DNA from: an uncultured Clostridia bacterium
GTDB taxonomy: Bacteria > Bacillota > Clostridia > TANB77 > CAG-508
Length of the DNA stretch: 64,000 bases
Direction of reading: 5' to 3'
Assembly (NCBI GenBank): GCA_944388805.1
Contig: CALXKE010000001.1
Coordinates: forward strand, 48,090 to 112,089
Both the position numbers and the translations under genes were made by a program. Shown here piece after piece: positions 42,153-52,336 of the stretch; positions within the stretch are counted from its first letter, which is position 1; every line of letters begins with the position of its first letter. Under the pieces are notes generated by a model, which was not told where the DNA came from, made no database searches, and was given only the letters and a program-made list of their open reading frames with translations.

Positions 42153-43877
42153 ATGAAAAGAGAAGATTTAAGAAAAAATATACTTCCAGTAACCTTATAC
42201 AATACAAATTATGATGGAGAAATAAAAAGAGGGGAATTAGACACAAAGGATTATTTATATATACCAGCGCAAAAAGACTATGTGGATATGAATAAAGACG
42301 ATATTAGAAAAGCGGGGTATTCTCGTTCAGCGCTTATACAAGATATTTCAGAAGGAAAATATCAAGCTAAGTCAAGTGAAAGCACAGATTTTTTAGATAG
42401 CTATCTAGAGAAAACAATTAAAGGAAAACAATGTCACGAATATTATCTTCGCTCGGTAAGTAACGGATTAATAAGAAAAGCAACAACATCGGGATATACA
42501 GAGAGTGCATTAAAAAATGAAAAAAGTCATGTAGGTGTACGTGTTTCATTATATTATGAAATTCCAGAAAAAACAGAAGAATTATCAATTAGAACAGTAA
42601 GAGATAGATTTGGAAAAATAAGATATCATACCTTACAGATAGGAGAATATTCTGGAGCAGAAGTTGTTGGGAAAGGAGTAGAATTTTTAGAGAAATTATA
42701 TAATCATGGAGATGTAAAAGAAGGGTTAAAAGCAACCGGTAGATGGTATTCTTCAAATGGTCTAGATCAGGATATATGGGATGAGAGAGGATATCAAGGA
42801 AAACATAGCCCAGAATTTGAATGTAATGGTGTACGATTTGTTAGAACAATGACAGATCCAGCAACAAATCCAAATCAATATACAGAAGGAAGTACAGAGT
42901 TAAAGCAAGGAAGAGTTAGATGGCAAAGAGTAGATCCTGTATCGTTTATTATCTTAAATTGGGATAGCCTACCAAAAGATATTAATCCCGATGGATTTGG
43001 AACGCAAAAATATTTTAAATTAATATCAGAAGATATTTTAATTTCGAATATGCCATTTTATCCTAAAACAAGTGATAAAAATAGCGAATTATGGCAAAAT
43101 AGTACCATTAGAGGATTTTTAAATGGAATAGATGTAAGAAATATAACAGAAAATGGGAATCCAGAATATGGTGCAAGTAATGGGGGAGATTTTCGAGGAG
43201 AATGTAACTTCTTAAATGAAACATTTAATTTATCAAGAGAACCAATAGTAGAATATACTATACCAGAAAGTGAAGAGGCAATACCAGATGATGCTTTTAA
43301 CGGTTGTATAACACTAGAAAAATTAAATCTGCATAATGGTATTGAAAGCATTGGGAAAAGAGCATTTGATGGAATTGATTTTCGATATGCCTATAAAACA
43401 CCAACAGGTGAGATTATGTTTTCTAAAGAATTATTAAAAGATATAGACGAATCGGCAAAGGTTATAGAAATAGAAAAATTGAGAAAAGCTTTACCAGGAC
43501 TAGATTATAATATATTTTTAAAAGATAATCAGATGGATGATATTATAAAACTGTCTGAAACATTAATTAAGCACCATTTTTCAATACCATATATATATGG
43601 TATGAAATTATTAGAAAATGGACTTGCAAGTTTATTTTGTGAAAAAAGTGTTTTTAAATTTTTTAAAAAAGAGAATCCTAATATTACCGAAATATTATCG
43701 GAATATCCAGAAGAGGAGAGATTAGACTTTTTTAAATTTGCAACAGCACTAGGTTGTTTTTCAAAAGAAAAAATATTAGATGAAAATGGAAACGAGACAC
43801 AAACAATGGTGGCACAAAAGGCATCTTCAGCTTTAGCTTCTATGTTGAAGAAAAATGCGAATATGGCATTACGGTAA
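42153..43877 (+). pseudogene. large hypothetical protein, N-terminal part; contains a BspA-type leucine-rich repeat; probably one gene with 43855-44985 that is split by a 1-nt indel in an A5 run
   Basis: ATG 42153 after ggggaa. Motifs HEYYLRS...GVRVSLYY (DUF6273-like as recalled) and IPDDAFNGCITLEKLNLHNGIESIGKRAFDG. The frame switches to +1 at gaagaaaaatgcg (43843-43856). Confidence 0.5.
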
Positions 43878-44985
43878 TTATCATGAAAAATTTGACTCTT
43901 TACCTGTTGAAGATGGGTGTATAAGTCAAGAATTCTTAAAATTTATAACTGAAATGGATGGCAAAAAAGATTTTAAAAATATCGAATTACTTTTTCATTT
44001 AGAAAGAGAATATCCAGGAATAATGGTAAAAACGATGTCTGATTTTCATAAGGCTAAATCATTTAAAAAAACCTTAGATGAAAATGGAGAACCAATTGTT
44101 TTATCTTGGGAAGAGACTCTAAAGAAATTTTATGTGAGTGAAAAATATAAAGGGGTAACAATGCAAAATGCAGATATAGCTGAATTATATGAGCAAAGAG
44201 GACTATCCCAAGAAGCTTTTGATGAAACTAGAGAATTACGATCAAAACAAATAGCAGATAATATTTCACCACATATATTAGGAAAAAAAATGGAGGAAAA
44301 TACAATACTAGAGAGCATAGAAGAAATTAAAAATCGTACAGCAGAAGAAATCATAAATGGAAAAGAAATGGTTGAAGAATTATGGGATAAGCAATTTACG
44401 TATGAATGGTTAGATAAATATAATCCACATAATCCCATTATTGGTTTGGATTGTAGTTGTTGTGCAACCATAATTAGTAAGTATTATGGAAAAGAAATAG
44501 CCAAAAAAAGTATGATTGCACCAGATGTACAAAATCTTGTTATTAGAGATGCAAAAGGAAAAATTATTTCAAAAGGAACTATGTATATGAATAAAGAAAA
44601 AGGTTATGCTGTTTTTAATGATTTTGAATTAAATAAAGAGTATAGAAAACATGAAGTAAAAAAAGCAGTAGAACCATATGGAGGAAGATATACAGTAGAT
44701 CCAGAATCAAAAGATGAACAACAAAGAGATTTAATATTTAAAGCTTACCAAAGGGGGATAAAGGCCTTTATAGAAGAATATGATAAGCAAAATCCAGAAA
44801 ATCCATTACAACAGGTAAATGTGGGAATGGGATATAATAGGTTGAAAAGACAGGTAGAACAATTTAAAAAAGCAAGTCAAAATTTAACAGTGCCAGTAGA
44901 ATACTCATTTGAAGATGCAAAAGAGGAACAATATATTCTTTATAAAAGAGAAGGAACAGAACCAAAGAAAGGGGAGATACGATGA
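43855..44985 (+). pseudogene. C-terminal part of the same large hypothetical protein (as annotated, or a separate 376-aa ORF without a clear RBS)
   Basis: The open frame starts right after a TGA at about 43848; no SD before ATG 43855; removing one A joins the two frames. Confidence 0.45.
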
Positions 44986-45452
44986 TGATGACGTTAACCC
45001 AAACAAAACTTACAGGACTGACAATGGAGTTAGATTTAAAAGTAAGAGAATATAATATGCTGTGTGAAAAATTAGAAACATTAAAAGCGAAAAAAATCAA
45101 TCCTAATGATATGACATTATTACCTTTAAAGGAAAAATTCGAAAATAATTATCTTGAAATTGTAGAGATTAATAGACAAATAAAAGAACTAAAAAAGAAG
45201 ATAGAATCTGAAAAAAACAATTTAAAAGTAAAATCAGAAGAAGAAATGTTTAAAAAAGCAAATAATAAGAACGATTTAGAAACTTTAGAATTCCCAGAAG
45301 TTTCAAAAATTCTAGAAGATTCAGAATTATCAGAAACGCTTGAAATTCCAGAAACTATAAATAATAAGGAGAGTATTTTGCCAATCCTTCCAAATAAAAG
45401 AAATTGGTTTGAAAAAATCATAGAAAAAATAAAAAATATATTTAAACATTAA
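44982..45452 (+). CDS. coiled-coil protein (156 aa), translationally coupled (ATGATGATGA overlap)
   Basis: Heptad-rich, K/E-rich sequence. Confidence 0.45.
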   Translation: MMMTLTQTKLTGLTMELDLKVREYNMLCEKLETLKAKKINPNDMTLLPLKEKFENNYLEIVEINRQIKELKKKIESEKNNLKVKSEEEMFKKANNKNDLETLEFPEVSKILEDSELSETLEIPETINNKESILPILPNKRNWFEKIIEKIKNIFKH

Positions 45453-45456
45453 AAGT

Positions 45457-45492
45457 GCCACAGATGGTGTTCCATTGTGGCACTTTTTGTGA
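45457..45492 (+). terminator. rho-independent terminator
   Basis: gtgccaca-gatggtgttccat-tgtggcac then tttttgtg. Confidence 0.7.
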
Positions 45493-45494
45493 AT

Positions 45495-45752
45495 TTAGCA
45501 GTCATCTGTTCTAAATGAGCATAATACAAAAAAAAGCGGTATGAGCCCAAGAAAGAGTAGAAATGCAAAAACCACGATGGTGGCAACCAATTTTCCTAAC
45601 AGACTGTAGTCTGTTAAGAAAAAAATAAAGAAGCCAACAATTACCATAACAGCAAGAGAGGTTATGGTCATTCCTTCGATACGGAAAAACATATCCGCAA
45701 ATTTTGTTAATTGTGGATACTTCCGTGTCAAAGGCAGGTTATTCATTTTCAT
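45495..45752 (-). CDS. small 2-TM membrane protein
   Basis: RBS aggaggg on the minus strand; hydrophobic. Confidence 0.45.
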   Translation of the reverse strand: MKMNNLPLTRKYPQLTKFADMFFRIEGMTITSLAVMVIVGFFIFFLTDYSLLGKLVATIVVFAFLLFLGLIPLFFVLCSFRTDDC

Positions 45753-45923
45753 GAAATCCCTCCTTTCTGATTATTCAGTGAATTTTCACTGTATTTACAT
45801 AATATCATAAAACGTGTTTAAAGTAAATATTTTGACATGTTATAAGGAGATAATAAATAGAAAATGTGATAACAGTTCAGATTAAAATGGAATTTGGTTT
45901 GAAATATGCAAAAATTAGAAGTA

Positions 45924-46517
45924 TTAGAAAAAATCTAATGGATTTTGATAATTACCATCTATTCGTATCCCTAAATGTAGATGGGTTCCAGTTGTGGCTC
46001 CATTGGTAGGGTTACCAGAAGAATCAGAATATTGGTTACCTTTTACACCATAAACATATTTCGGCCCGACATAACCAATGACTTGACCTTGTTTTACGAT
46101 ATCTCCAACTTTTACAATATAATTTGGAGAACAGTGACAATAGGTAACTTTGTAATTATCAAAAGAAAGGGTTATTGTATATCCACCAGCGCCTAAAAAT
46201 TGCGTAAAGGTAATTTCACCATCAGCTACTGCAATTAGTTTTGTTCCTTCAGGTGCAGGAATATCAATACCAGAATGAGAAGAAGAGGCACCAGATGTTG
46301 GAGAAACTCTTTTTCCAAAGTAGGAACTAATTCTTGTATATCCAGGAATGGGCCAAACAAAACCATCTGGATTAATGGAAATAATTTCAGAGTCTAAATT
46401 ATTTTCATAATAAACACCATTTGAACTTATCATGGGACTAAAAAAGATGGTAATAAACAAAATCAAAAAAATAAGTATGTAAATAAAAGATTTTATATGA
46501 TGAAAAATAAAAATCAC
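45924..46517 (-). CDS. M23-family peptidase (LytM/lysostaphin-like) with N-terminal TM
   Basis: HSGIDIPAPEGTKLIAVADG...GTHLHLGIRIDG matches the HxxxD and HxH motifs. Confidence 0.75.
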   Translation of the reverse strand: MIFIFHHIKSFIYILIFLILFITIFFSPMISSNGVYYENNLDSEIISINPDGFVWPIPGYTRISSYFGKRVSPTSGASSSHSGIDIPAPEGTKLIAVADGEITFTQFLGAGGYTITLSFDNYKVTYCHCSPNYIVKVGDIVKQGQVIGYVGPKYVYGVKGNQYSDSSGNPTNGATTGTHLHLGIRIDGNYQNPLDFF

Positions 46518-46618
46518 CTCATTTAAACTGAAAACATTAAAAATTTACTTATTGAAAAGTAGGAGAAAAAATAAAAAAATGAAAACCATATAACTGTTGC
46601 ACAGTCTGGTTTCCATTG

Positions 46619-46692
46619 TGGCAGGGGTAGTAGGATTCGAACCCACACAGGCGGTTTTGGAGACCGATGTGCTACCATTAACACTATACCCC
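46619..46692 (-). tRNA. tRNA-Trp (CCA)
   Basis: Minus-strand aggggtatagtgttaatggtagcacatcggtctCCAaaaccg...ggttcgaatcctactacccctgcca. Confidence 0.8.
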
Positions 46693-46760
46693 TATAATTT
46701 TAAGACAATTAATATATTAGCATAAAAAAATGATTTTATCAATATTTTTTTTGAAAATTA

Positions 46761-46789
46761 TTGACTTTTTTCAAAAAGGATAATAAAAT
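46761..46789 (+). promoter_or_regulatory. promoter TTGACT-N17-TAAAAT of the glyQS leader
   Basis: ttgact at 46761-66, taaaat at 46784-89. Confidence 0.5.
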
Positions 46790-46795
46790 ATATAA

Positions 46796-47022
46796 AATTA
46801 AATATCTGCAGTGAAGAAGAAAAAGTGTGATAATATTTACTTAAAGAGAGTTGGTGAAGGTGAGATACCAATGGTAAATACACATGGGGAGCTTTGGAGT
46901 GGATTTGGAATGAAGGTGCTTGAAACTTCAGATAACTTTAATCTAAGTTTTAAGAATTAGGGTGGAAACGCGGAAATAATAACTTTCGTCCCTAGCTATA
47001 TGCTAGGTATGAAAGTTTTTTG
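46796..47022 (+). promoter_or_regulatory. T-box riboswitch leader (glycine) with terminator
   Basis: AGAGA box (46846), T-box sequence aattagggtggaaacgcgg (46956-46974), terminator aactttcgtccctagc-tatat-gctaggtatgaaagtt+tttttg (46981-47022). A GGU triplet in the candidate specifier region (ccaatGGTaaa). Confidence 0.75.
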
Positions 47023-47026
47023 TTTT

Positions 47027-47285
47027 AAATCGATTAGATTCATCATCTAGCACATTTTCGTAATTTATTTCAAACCTCAATGTACAAACGTACACCTTCG
47101 GCTTGAAAGTAAATCACAAAAATGCACTATATAATAAATCTAATCGATTTAAATGAAATAGAGGTAGATTCATCATCTAGCACATTTTCGCAATTTATTT
47201 CAAACCTCGATGTACAAACGTACACCTTCGGCTTGAAAGTAAATCACAAAAATGCACAATATAATAAAGGTACTCTATACAAAAA
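47027..47285. repeat. Family-3 repeat, two tandem 127-bp copies between the T-box terminator and glyQS
   Basis: Copies 47030-47156 and 47157-47283 are about 95% identical. Core tcaaacctc(a/g)atgtacaaacgtacaccttcggcttgaaa holds a TGTAC-N4-GTACA palindrome. Copy 1 is flanked by the inverted repeat aaatcgattagat/atctaatcgattt. Confidence 0.85.
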
Positions 47286-47329
47286 ACTTTCATGTTACTA
47301 GCAAATAAAATTAAAGAGGAGGAATTGTT

Positions 47330-48712
47330 ATGTTAAAATCAATGGACACTTTAGTAGCACTTTGCAAAAATAGGGGATATATTTACCCTGGTTCAGAAAT
47401 TTATGGAGGGTTAGCCAATACTTGGGATTATGGACCTTTAGGAAATGAACTAAAAAACAATGTCAAAATGGCATGGAGAAAGAAATTTATACAAGAAAGT
47501 AAATATAATGTAGGATTAGATGCAGCTATTTTAATGAATCCAACAACATGGGTTGCTTCAGGACATGTAGGAGGATTTTCAGACCCATTAATTGATTGTA
47601 AAGAATGTAAAACAAGACATAGAGCAGATAAATTAATAGAAGAATGGGCACATGATAATGGAAAAGATATGATTGCAGATGGTATGTCTGATAAAGAGTT
47701 AATAGACTTCATTAATGAAAATAAAATACCATGCCCAAATTGTGGAAAAACAAACTTTACAGATATCAGGAAATTTAATTTAATGTTTAAAACATTCCAA
47801 GGCGTAACAGAAGATAAAACAGCAGAAATCTATTTAAGACCAGAAACAGCACAAGGTATATTTGTAAACTTTAAAAATGTAATGAGAACAACAAGAAGAA
47901 AATTACCAATGGGAATTGCACAAATCGGAAAAGCCTTTAGAAATGAAATCACACCTGGAAACTTTACATTTAGAACTAGGGAATTTGAACAAATGGAATT
48001 AGAATTCTTCTGTAAACCAGGAACAGATTTAGAATGGCATGCATATTGGAAAGAATTCTGTAAAAAATGGTTATTAGATTTAGGAATCAAAGAAGAAAAT
48101 ATTAGATTAAGAGATCATTCAAAAGAAGAATTATCACATTATAGTAATGCAACAACAGATATCGAATTTACATTCCCATTTGGTTGGGGAGAATTATGGG
48201 GAATTGCAGATAGAACAGACTTTGACTTAAAGAGTCATATGAATGTTTCAAAAGAAGACTTCACTTATACAGACCCAGAAACAAACGAAAAATATGTACC
48301 ATATTGCATCGAACCATCTTTAGGAGCAGATAGAGTAGCATTAGCATTCTTATGCAATGCATATGATGAAGAAGAAATTGGTGAAGGAGATACAAGAGTT
48401 GTATTACATTTACATCCAGTATTAGCACCATTCAAAATAGCAGTACTTCCATTATCTAAAAAATTATCAGAAAAAGCACAAGAAGTACATGAAAAATTAT
48501 CAAAGAAATTTATGTGTGATTATGATGAAACAGGAAGTATCGGAAAGAGATATAGAAGAGAAGATGAAATTGGTACACCATATTGTTTAACAGTAGATTT
48601 TGATACACTTGAAGACAATACAGTAACTATCAGAGATAGAGATACCATGGAACAAATTAGAATTCCAATCGATGAGGTAGAAAGCTGGTTAGAAGAAAAA
48701 TTAGAATTTTAA
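47330..48712 (+). CDS. glyQS: glycyl-tRNA synthetase (alpha2 dimeric type)
   Basis: Class II motifs; [16 protein letters not shown]-terminus typical of GlyQS; T-box upstream. Confidence 0.95.
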   Translation: MLKSMDTLVALCKNRGYIYPGSEIYGGLANTWDYGPLGNELKNNVKMAWRKKFIQESKYNVGLDAAILMNPTTWVASGHVGGFSDPLIDCKECKTRHRADKLIEEWAHDNGKDMIADGMSDKELIDFINENKIPCPNCGKTNFTDIRKFNLMFKTFQGVTEDKTAEIYLRPETAQGIFVNFKNVMRTTRRKLPMGIAQIGKAFRNEITPGNFTFRTREFEQMELEFFCKPGTDLEWHAYWKEFCKKWLLDLGIKEENIRLRDHSKEELSHYSNATTDIEFTFPFGWGELWGIADRTDFDLKSHMNVSKEDFTYTDPETNEKYVPYCIEPSLGADRVALAFLCNAYDEEEIGEGDTRVVLHLHPVLAPFKIAVLPLSKKLSEKAQEVHEKLSKKFMCDYDETGSIGKRYRREDEIGTPYCLTVDFDTLEDNTVTIRDRDTMEQIRIPIDEVESWLEEKLEF

Positions 48713-48841
48713 TTAATTGGGTCCATTGGGACCAGGTCCGTTTGGGTCGAAAAGTTATTAGTTGTTTTTAGTATAAATTTATGGTAAAATCTATTGCATA
48801 AGAACATTTTAATAAGCAGTGCAAAAAGAAAGGAGACAACA

Positions 48842-49021
48842 ATGGAACGGAAATATGAGACATTTGAGCCACGAAGGATAGAAAGATTCGTGGAAAGAGA
48901 GGCAGATAGAAATGTGATCTTTAAAGGTCATGATGGTGTTTGTCAATCCTTGTGTCGATTGACGATGGGAAAAATAAGGGATAATCCCGGTTCCTTAATC
49001 GATTCAATCCGTATCAAGTAA
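48842..49021 (+). CDS. small hypothetical protein (59 aa) in a GC-enriched stretch
   Basis: RBS aaaggag 7 nt before the ATG; sequence MERKYETFEPRRIERFVEREADRNVIF... Confidence 0.35.
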   Translation: MERKYETFEPRRIERFVEREADRNVIFKGHDGVCQSLCRLTMGKIRDNPGSLIDSIRIK

Positions 49022-49109
49022 ATGATGTTGTCAAACTTAACACATGGAATCACAGGTATTGTGATTCCATGTCCATTTGAGTGGATTTTTGAACATATGA
49101 GGTGAGAAT

Positions 49110-49379
49110 ATGAACAAAAAAACGTATACATTTGAAGCAATCATAAAAAAGGTTCCAGATATAGATGGAGCATATATTGAATTTCCTTATGATGTAGAAA
49201 AGGAATTTAATAAAAAACGAGTAAAGGTACATGCAACATTTGATGATGAACCATATGATGGAATTCTAGTCAGAATGGGAACACCTTGCCATATTATTGG
49301 AATTCGTAAAGATATTCGAAAAAAGATAGGAAAACAACCAGGAGATAAAATAAAAGTAACGATTATAGAAAGAGAATAA
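49110..49379 (+). CDS. DUF1905-family small protein
   Basis: 89 aa; ...VPDIDGAYIEFPYDV...VKVHATFDDEPYDGILVRMG...IRKDIRKKIGKQPGDKIKVTI pattern recalled for DUF1905. Confidence 0.5.
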   Translation: MNKKTYTFEAIIKKVPDIDGAYIEFPYDVEKEFNKKRVKVHATFDDEPYDGILVRMGTPCHIIGIRKDIRKKIGKQPGDKIKVTIIERE

Positions 49380-49470
49380 GCATAAAGGAAGATAAGGTTG
49401 AAAAATAATTAGTGCAAAATTTAATTATTTTCTAACCAAGTTTGCAATTTAAGAAAGGAATACATAAAAA

Positions 49471-51396
49471 ATGAACTACAGAATTGTAAATGGCTCTATA
49501 TCTTATGGAGCTGAAACGATATTAGAAGAAATTAATTTTGAAATAAAAGAAAAAGATAAAATAGCGATTATCGGAAGAAATGGAGCAGGAAAAACCACTT
49601 TTTTAAATGCCATTATTGATAATGACATTTTAGAAGAGGGGATTGGAGAAGAAAAATTCCATATATATAAACAAGGAAATCCTGTCATTGGATATTTGAA
49701 ACAAATGAATTTTGAAAATTCTAATAAAACTATGTTAGAGGAAATATTAGAAGTTTATAAACCAATTTTAGACTTAGAAAACAGAATACAAGAAAAAGAA
49801 AAAGCACTGCAGGAAAATACAGATGAAAAACTCATAAAAGAATATACAAATGCCCTAGAACAATATGAAATACAAGGTGGATATGTATATAAAAAAGAAT
49901 ATGAAATAGCCATTAAAAAATTTGGTTTCAAAGAAGAAGATAAACATAAAAAAATAAGTGAATTTTCTGGAGGACAACGAACAAAAATTGCTTTCTTAAA
50001 GTTATTATTAAGCAAGCCAGATATTTTATTACTAGATGAACCAACAAATCATCTAGATATTGTAGCGATTGAATGGTTGGAAAACTATTTAAAAAATTAT
50101 CCAAAAGCAGTTGTGATTGTTTCACATGATAGAATGTTTTTAGATAAGATTGTTAATAAAGTATATGAGATAGAATATGCCAGTATGGTAGAATATACAG
50201 GGAATTATACAGATTTTGAAAGACTAAAAAAAGAACGATATGAAAAGCAATTAAAAGATTATGAATATCAACAAGCAGAAATCAAAAGATTGCAAGCCAT
50301 TGCAGATAGATTTCGATATAAGCCAACCAAGGCTAAAATGGCATTATCCAAATTAAAAAAGATTGAACAAATGACAATTATAGAAAAGCCAGAAGAATAT
50401 GATTTGAAAACATTTTATGCGAATTTTGATGTAAAAGTACAAAGTGGAAAAATGGTATTAAAAGTAGATAAGTTAGAAATAGGATATGATAAGCCAATTG
50501 CAGAAGTATCCTTTGAATTATATAAAGGACAGAAACTAGCCATTATTGGAGAAAATGGAACAGGAAAATCAACTTTATTAAAAACATTGAATGGAGATAT
50601 ACCGAAAATTAACGGTGATTTTGAATATGGATATCATGTGCAAACAGGATATTTTGATCAACAGATGGAATTTTCAAATCCAGAAAATACGATATTTGAA
50701 GAAATAACGCAAAACTTTCCAGAATTAACAACAACACAAGCAAGAACTTTATTAGGAATCTTTCTTTTTACAGGAGAAGATGTCTTTAAGAAAATAAATG
50801 TATTATCAGGAGGAGAAAGAGGTCGCTTGCAGTTGTGCAAAATTTTAAAAAGCGAACCCAATGTGTTATTACTAGATGAACCAACCAATCATATGGATAT
50901 TGTGGGGAAAGAAAGTTTAGAAAACATATTAAAAGAATATACAGGAACTTTAATTTTTGTATCTCATGATCGATATTTTGTAAATAAACTTGCAGATTGT
51001 ATATTAGAATTTGATAATGGAAAAGCAACTTTTTATCATAAAAATTATCAGGAATTCTTAGAGTATAAAGAAAACCATAAAGATACAACGGAAGAATTAC
51101 AGAATTCCAATACAGTAGAAGAAAAAACAAACTTGAATGAAAAAAATAAGAAAAAAGAAACCAATTCATACTTTATCGAAAAAGAAAGAAATCGAATACA
51201 AAATAAGATGAATAAGATTGAACAAGAAATCAATGATAAAGAAAAGAAAATTCAAGATATTGAAAAAGAAATGATGAAAGAAGAAATAGCTTCAGACTAC
51301 ATAAAATTAAATGAATTACAGGAAGAAATACAAAAAATTAATCAAGAAATAGAAGAGAAAATGCAAGAATGGGAAGATTTAAACAATAAACTTTAA
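49471..51396 (+). CDS. ABC-F family ATPase (two ABC domains and a C-terminal coiled coil)
   Basis: Two Walker A motifs (GRNGAGKTT, GENGTGKST), two LSGGQ/LSGGE signatures, interdomain linker, K/E-rich C-terminus. Confidence 0.85.
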   Translation: MNYRIVNGSISYGAETILEEINFEIKEKDKIAIIGRNGAGKTTFLNAIIDNDILEEGIGEEKFHIYKQGNPVIGYLKQMNFENSNKTMLEEILEVYKPILDLENRIQEKEKALQENTDEKLIKEYTNALEQYEIQGGYVYKKEYEIAIKKFGFKEEDKHKKISEFSGGQRTKIAFLKLLLSKPDILLLDEPTNHLDIVAIEWLENYLKNYPKAVVIVSHDRMFLDKIVNKVYEIEYASMVEYTGNYTDFERLKKERYEKQLKDYEYQQAEIKRLQAIADRFRYKPTKAKMALSKLKKIEQMTIIEKPEEYDLKTFYANFDVKVQSGKMVLKVDKLEIGYDKPIAEVSFELYKGQKLAIIGENGTGKSTLLKTLNGDIPKINGDFEYGYHVQTGYFDQQMEFSNPENTIFEEITQNFPELTTTQARTLLGIFLFTGEDVFKKINVLSGGERGRLQLCKILKSEPNVLLLDEPTNHMDIVGKESLENILKEYTGTLIFVSHDRYFVNKLADCILEFDNGKATFYHKNYQEFLEYKENHKDTTEELQNSNTVEEKTNLNEKNKKKETNSYFIEKERNRIQNKMNKIEQEINDKEKKIQDIEKEMMKEEIASDYIKLNELQEEIQKINQEIEEKMQEWEDLNNKL

Positions 51397-51478
51397 ATTT
51401 AATAGACTTTAGAGAATATTTATGATACAATACTTCCTAAGATAACTTTGTAGTAAAAACAACACAAGGAGGAAGAAT

Positions 51479-51745
51479 ATGAGTAAAGTCAGAGCTGTTA
51501 ATGGATTTGAAATACGGGAAGAAAGTAACAAAGACAACAGAAGAGTAATTATCATAGAGTATAAAATTGATAATGAATTTTTTGCACAATCAACATACTA
51601 TGATATGGATGAAGAGAAAATCAATAAAATAGAAGAAAAACTTAAAGATTATACATCCACGAACCAGGAAGCAGAAGAGTTGTGCCGGACAATATCGTTA
51701 ATGACAATTGTTAACGCAGTGGAAAAAATCATATTTGACTACTGA
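51479..51745 (+). CDS. hypothetical protein (88 aa)
   Basis: RBS aggagg; followed by the terminator at 51755-51795. Confidence 0.4.
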   Translation: MSKVRAVNGFEIREESNKDNRRVIIIEYKIDNEFFAQSTYYDMDEEKINKIEEKLKDYTSTNQEAEELCRTISLMTIVNAVEKIIFDY

Positions 51746-51754
51746 AAAAACGAA

Positions 51755-51795
51755 TTGCAAGAAGAAGAAGGAACCAGAAAAATTTTTGGTTCCTT
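51755..51795 (+). terminator. rho-independent terminator
   Basis: aagaaggaaccag-aaaaatttt-tggttccttctt then ctttatc. Confidence 0.6.
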
Positions 51796-51884
51796 CTTCT
51801 TTATCTATCGTTTTCAACATTTGCATAAAAAATTTATAAAGATAAAATATATTTTACAAAGATAATTACTTTATATTATTAGTT

Positions 51885-52073
51885 TTAATTATATAAATTT
51901 CTTTCATATAAATCTTGGATAAAGACATCCTTTTCTTCAAAATTATCAATAAAACCAACTTTAGCGATATTGTCATTCACACCTTGAATCCATACAGGTC
52001 TATCCTCATAAAACACATCACACTTTTCTTTATTTGCTAATATAGAATGAATCCTAGAAATATCCATAACCAA
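51885..52073 (-). CDS. sspH: H-type small acid-soluble spore protein-like
   Basis: MDISRIHSILANKEKCDVFYEDRPVWIQGVNDNIAKVGFIDNFEEKDVFIQDL parallels B. subtilis SspH (IQRAKEI...VTYNGVPIYIQHVDEQNETARI...) as recalled. Confidence 0.45.
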   Translation of the reverse strand: MVMDISRIHSILANKEKCDVFYEDRPVWIQGVNDNIAKVGFIDNFEEKDVFIQDLYERNLYN

Positions 52074-52336
52074 TTCCTCCTCTTAATTAAAATAAATAGA
52101 TTATCTTTTGATATAAAATGTTTCTAATAAAAATATATCCAAAAAAAAGCTTTATATTCATAAAATGTTTTTCTAATTACAAAAAAATATTCTGGAATAA
52201 AGAAGAAATATATAAAACAATTTTAGACTGAAAAATAATGATGTAGTTTTGATACATTTTGCAACTGTTTACAATGCTTGACTTAAAACTTGATTTCATA
52301 TACAATAAATTAGGAAAAAACAAAAGGAGGAATTTT

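Noticed and set aside
45460-46625. Possible tRNA-Trp-associated integration: similar sequences ccattgtggca near 45475 and 46610 flanking the M23 peptidase and small membrane protein genes
   Set aside because: The shared stretch is only about 11 nt, lies outside the tRNA body (downstream of its 3' end) and at 45457-45492 is simply the stem of an ordinary terminator hairpin; no integrase is present.
48790-49110. GC-enriched segment as an SRP, 6S, RNase P or tmRNA gene
   Set aside because: None of the conserved motifs (SRP domain IV GGAA/AGCAG, RNase P GGAAAGUCCGG, tmRNA tag ORF plus T-arm) are present; a small ORF with a good RBS explains it at least as well.
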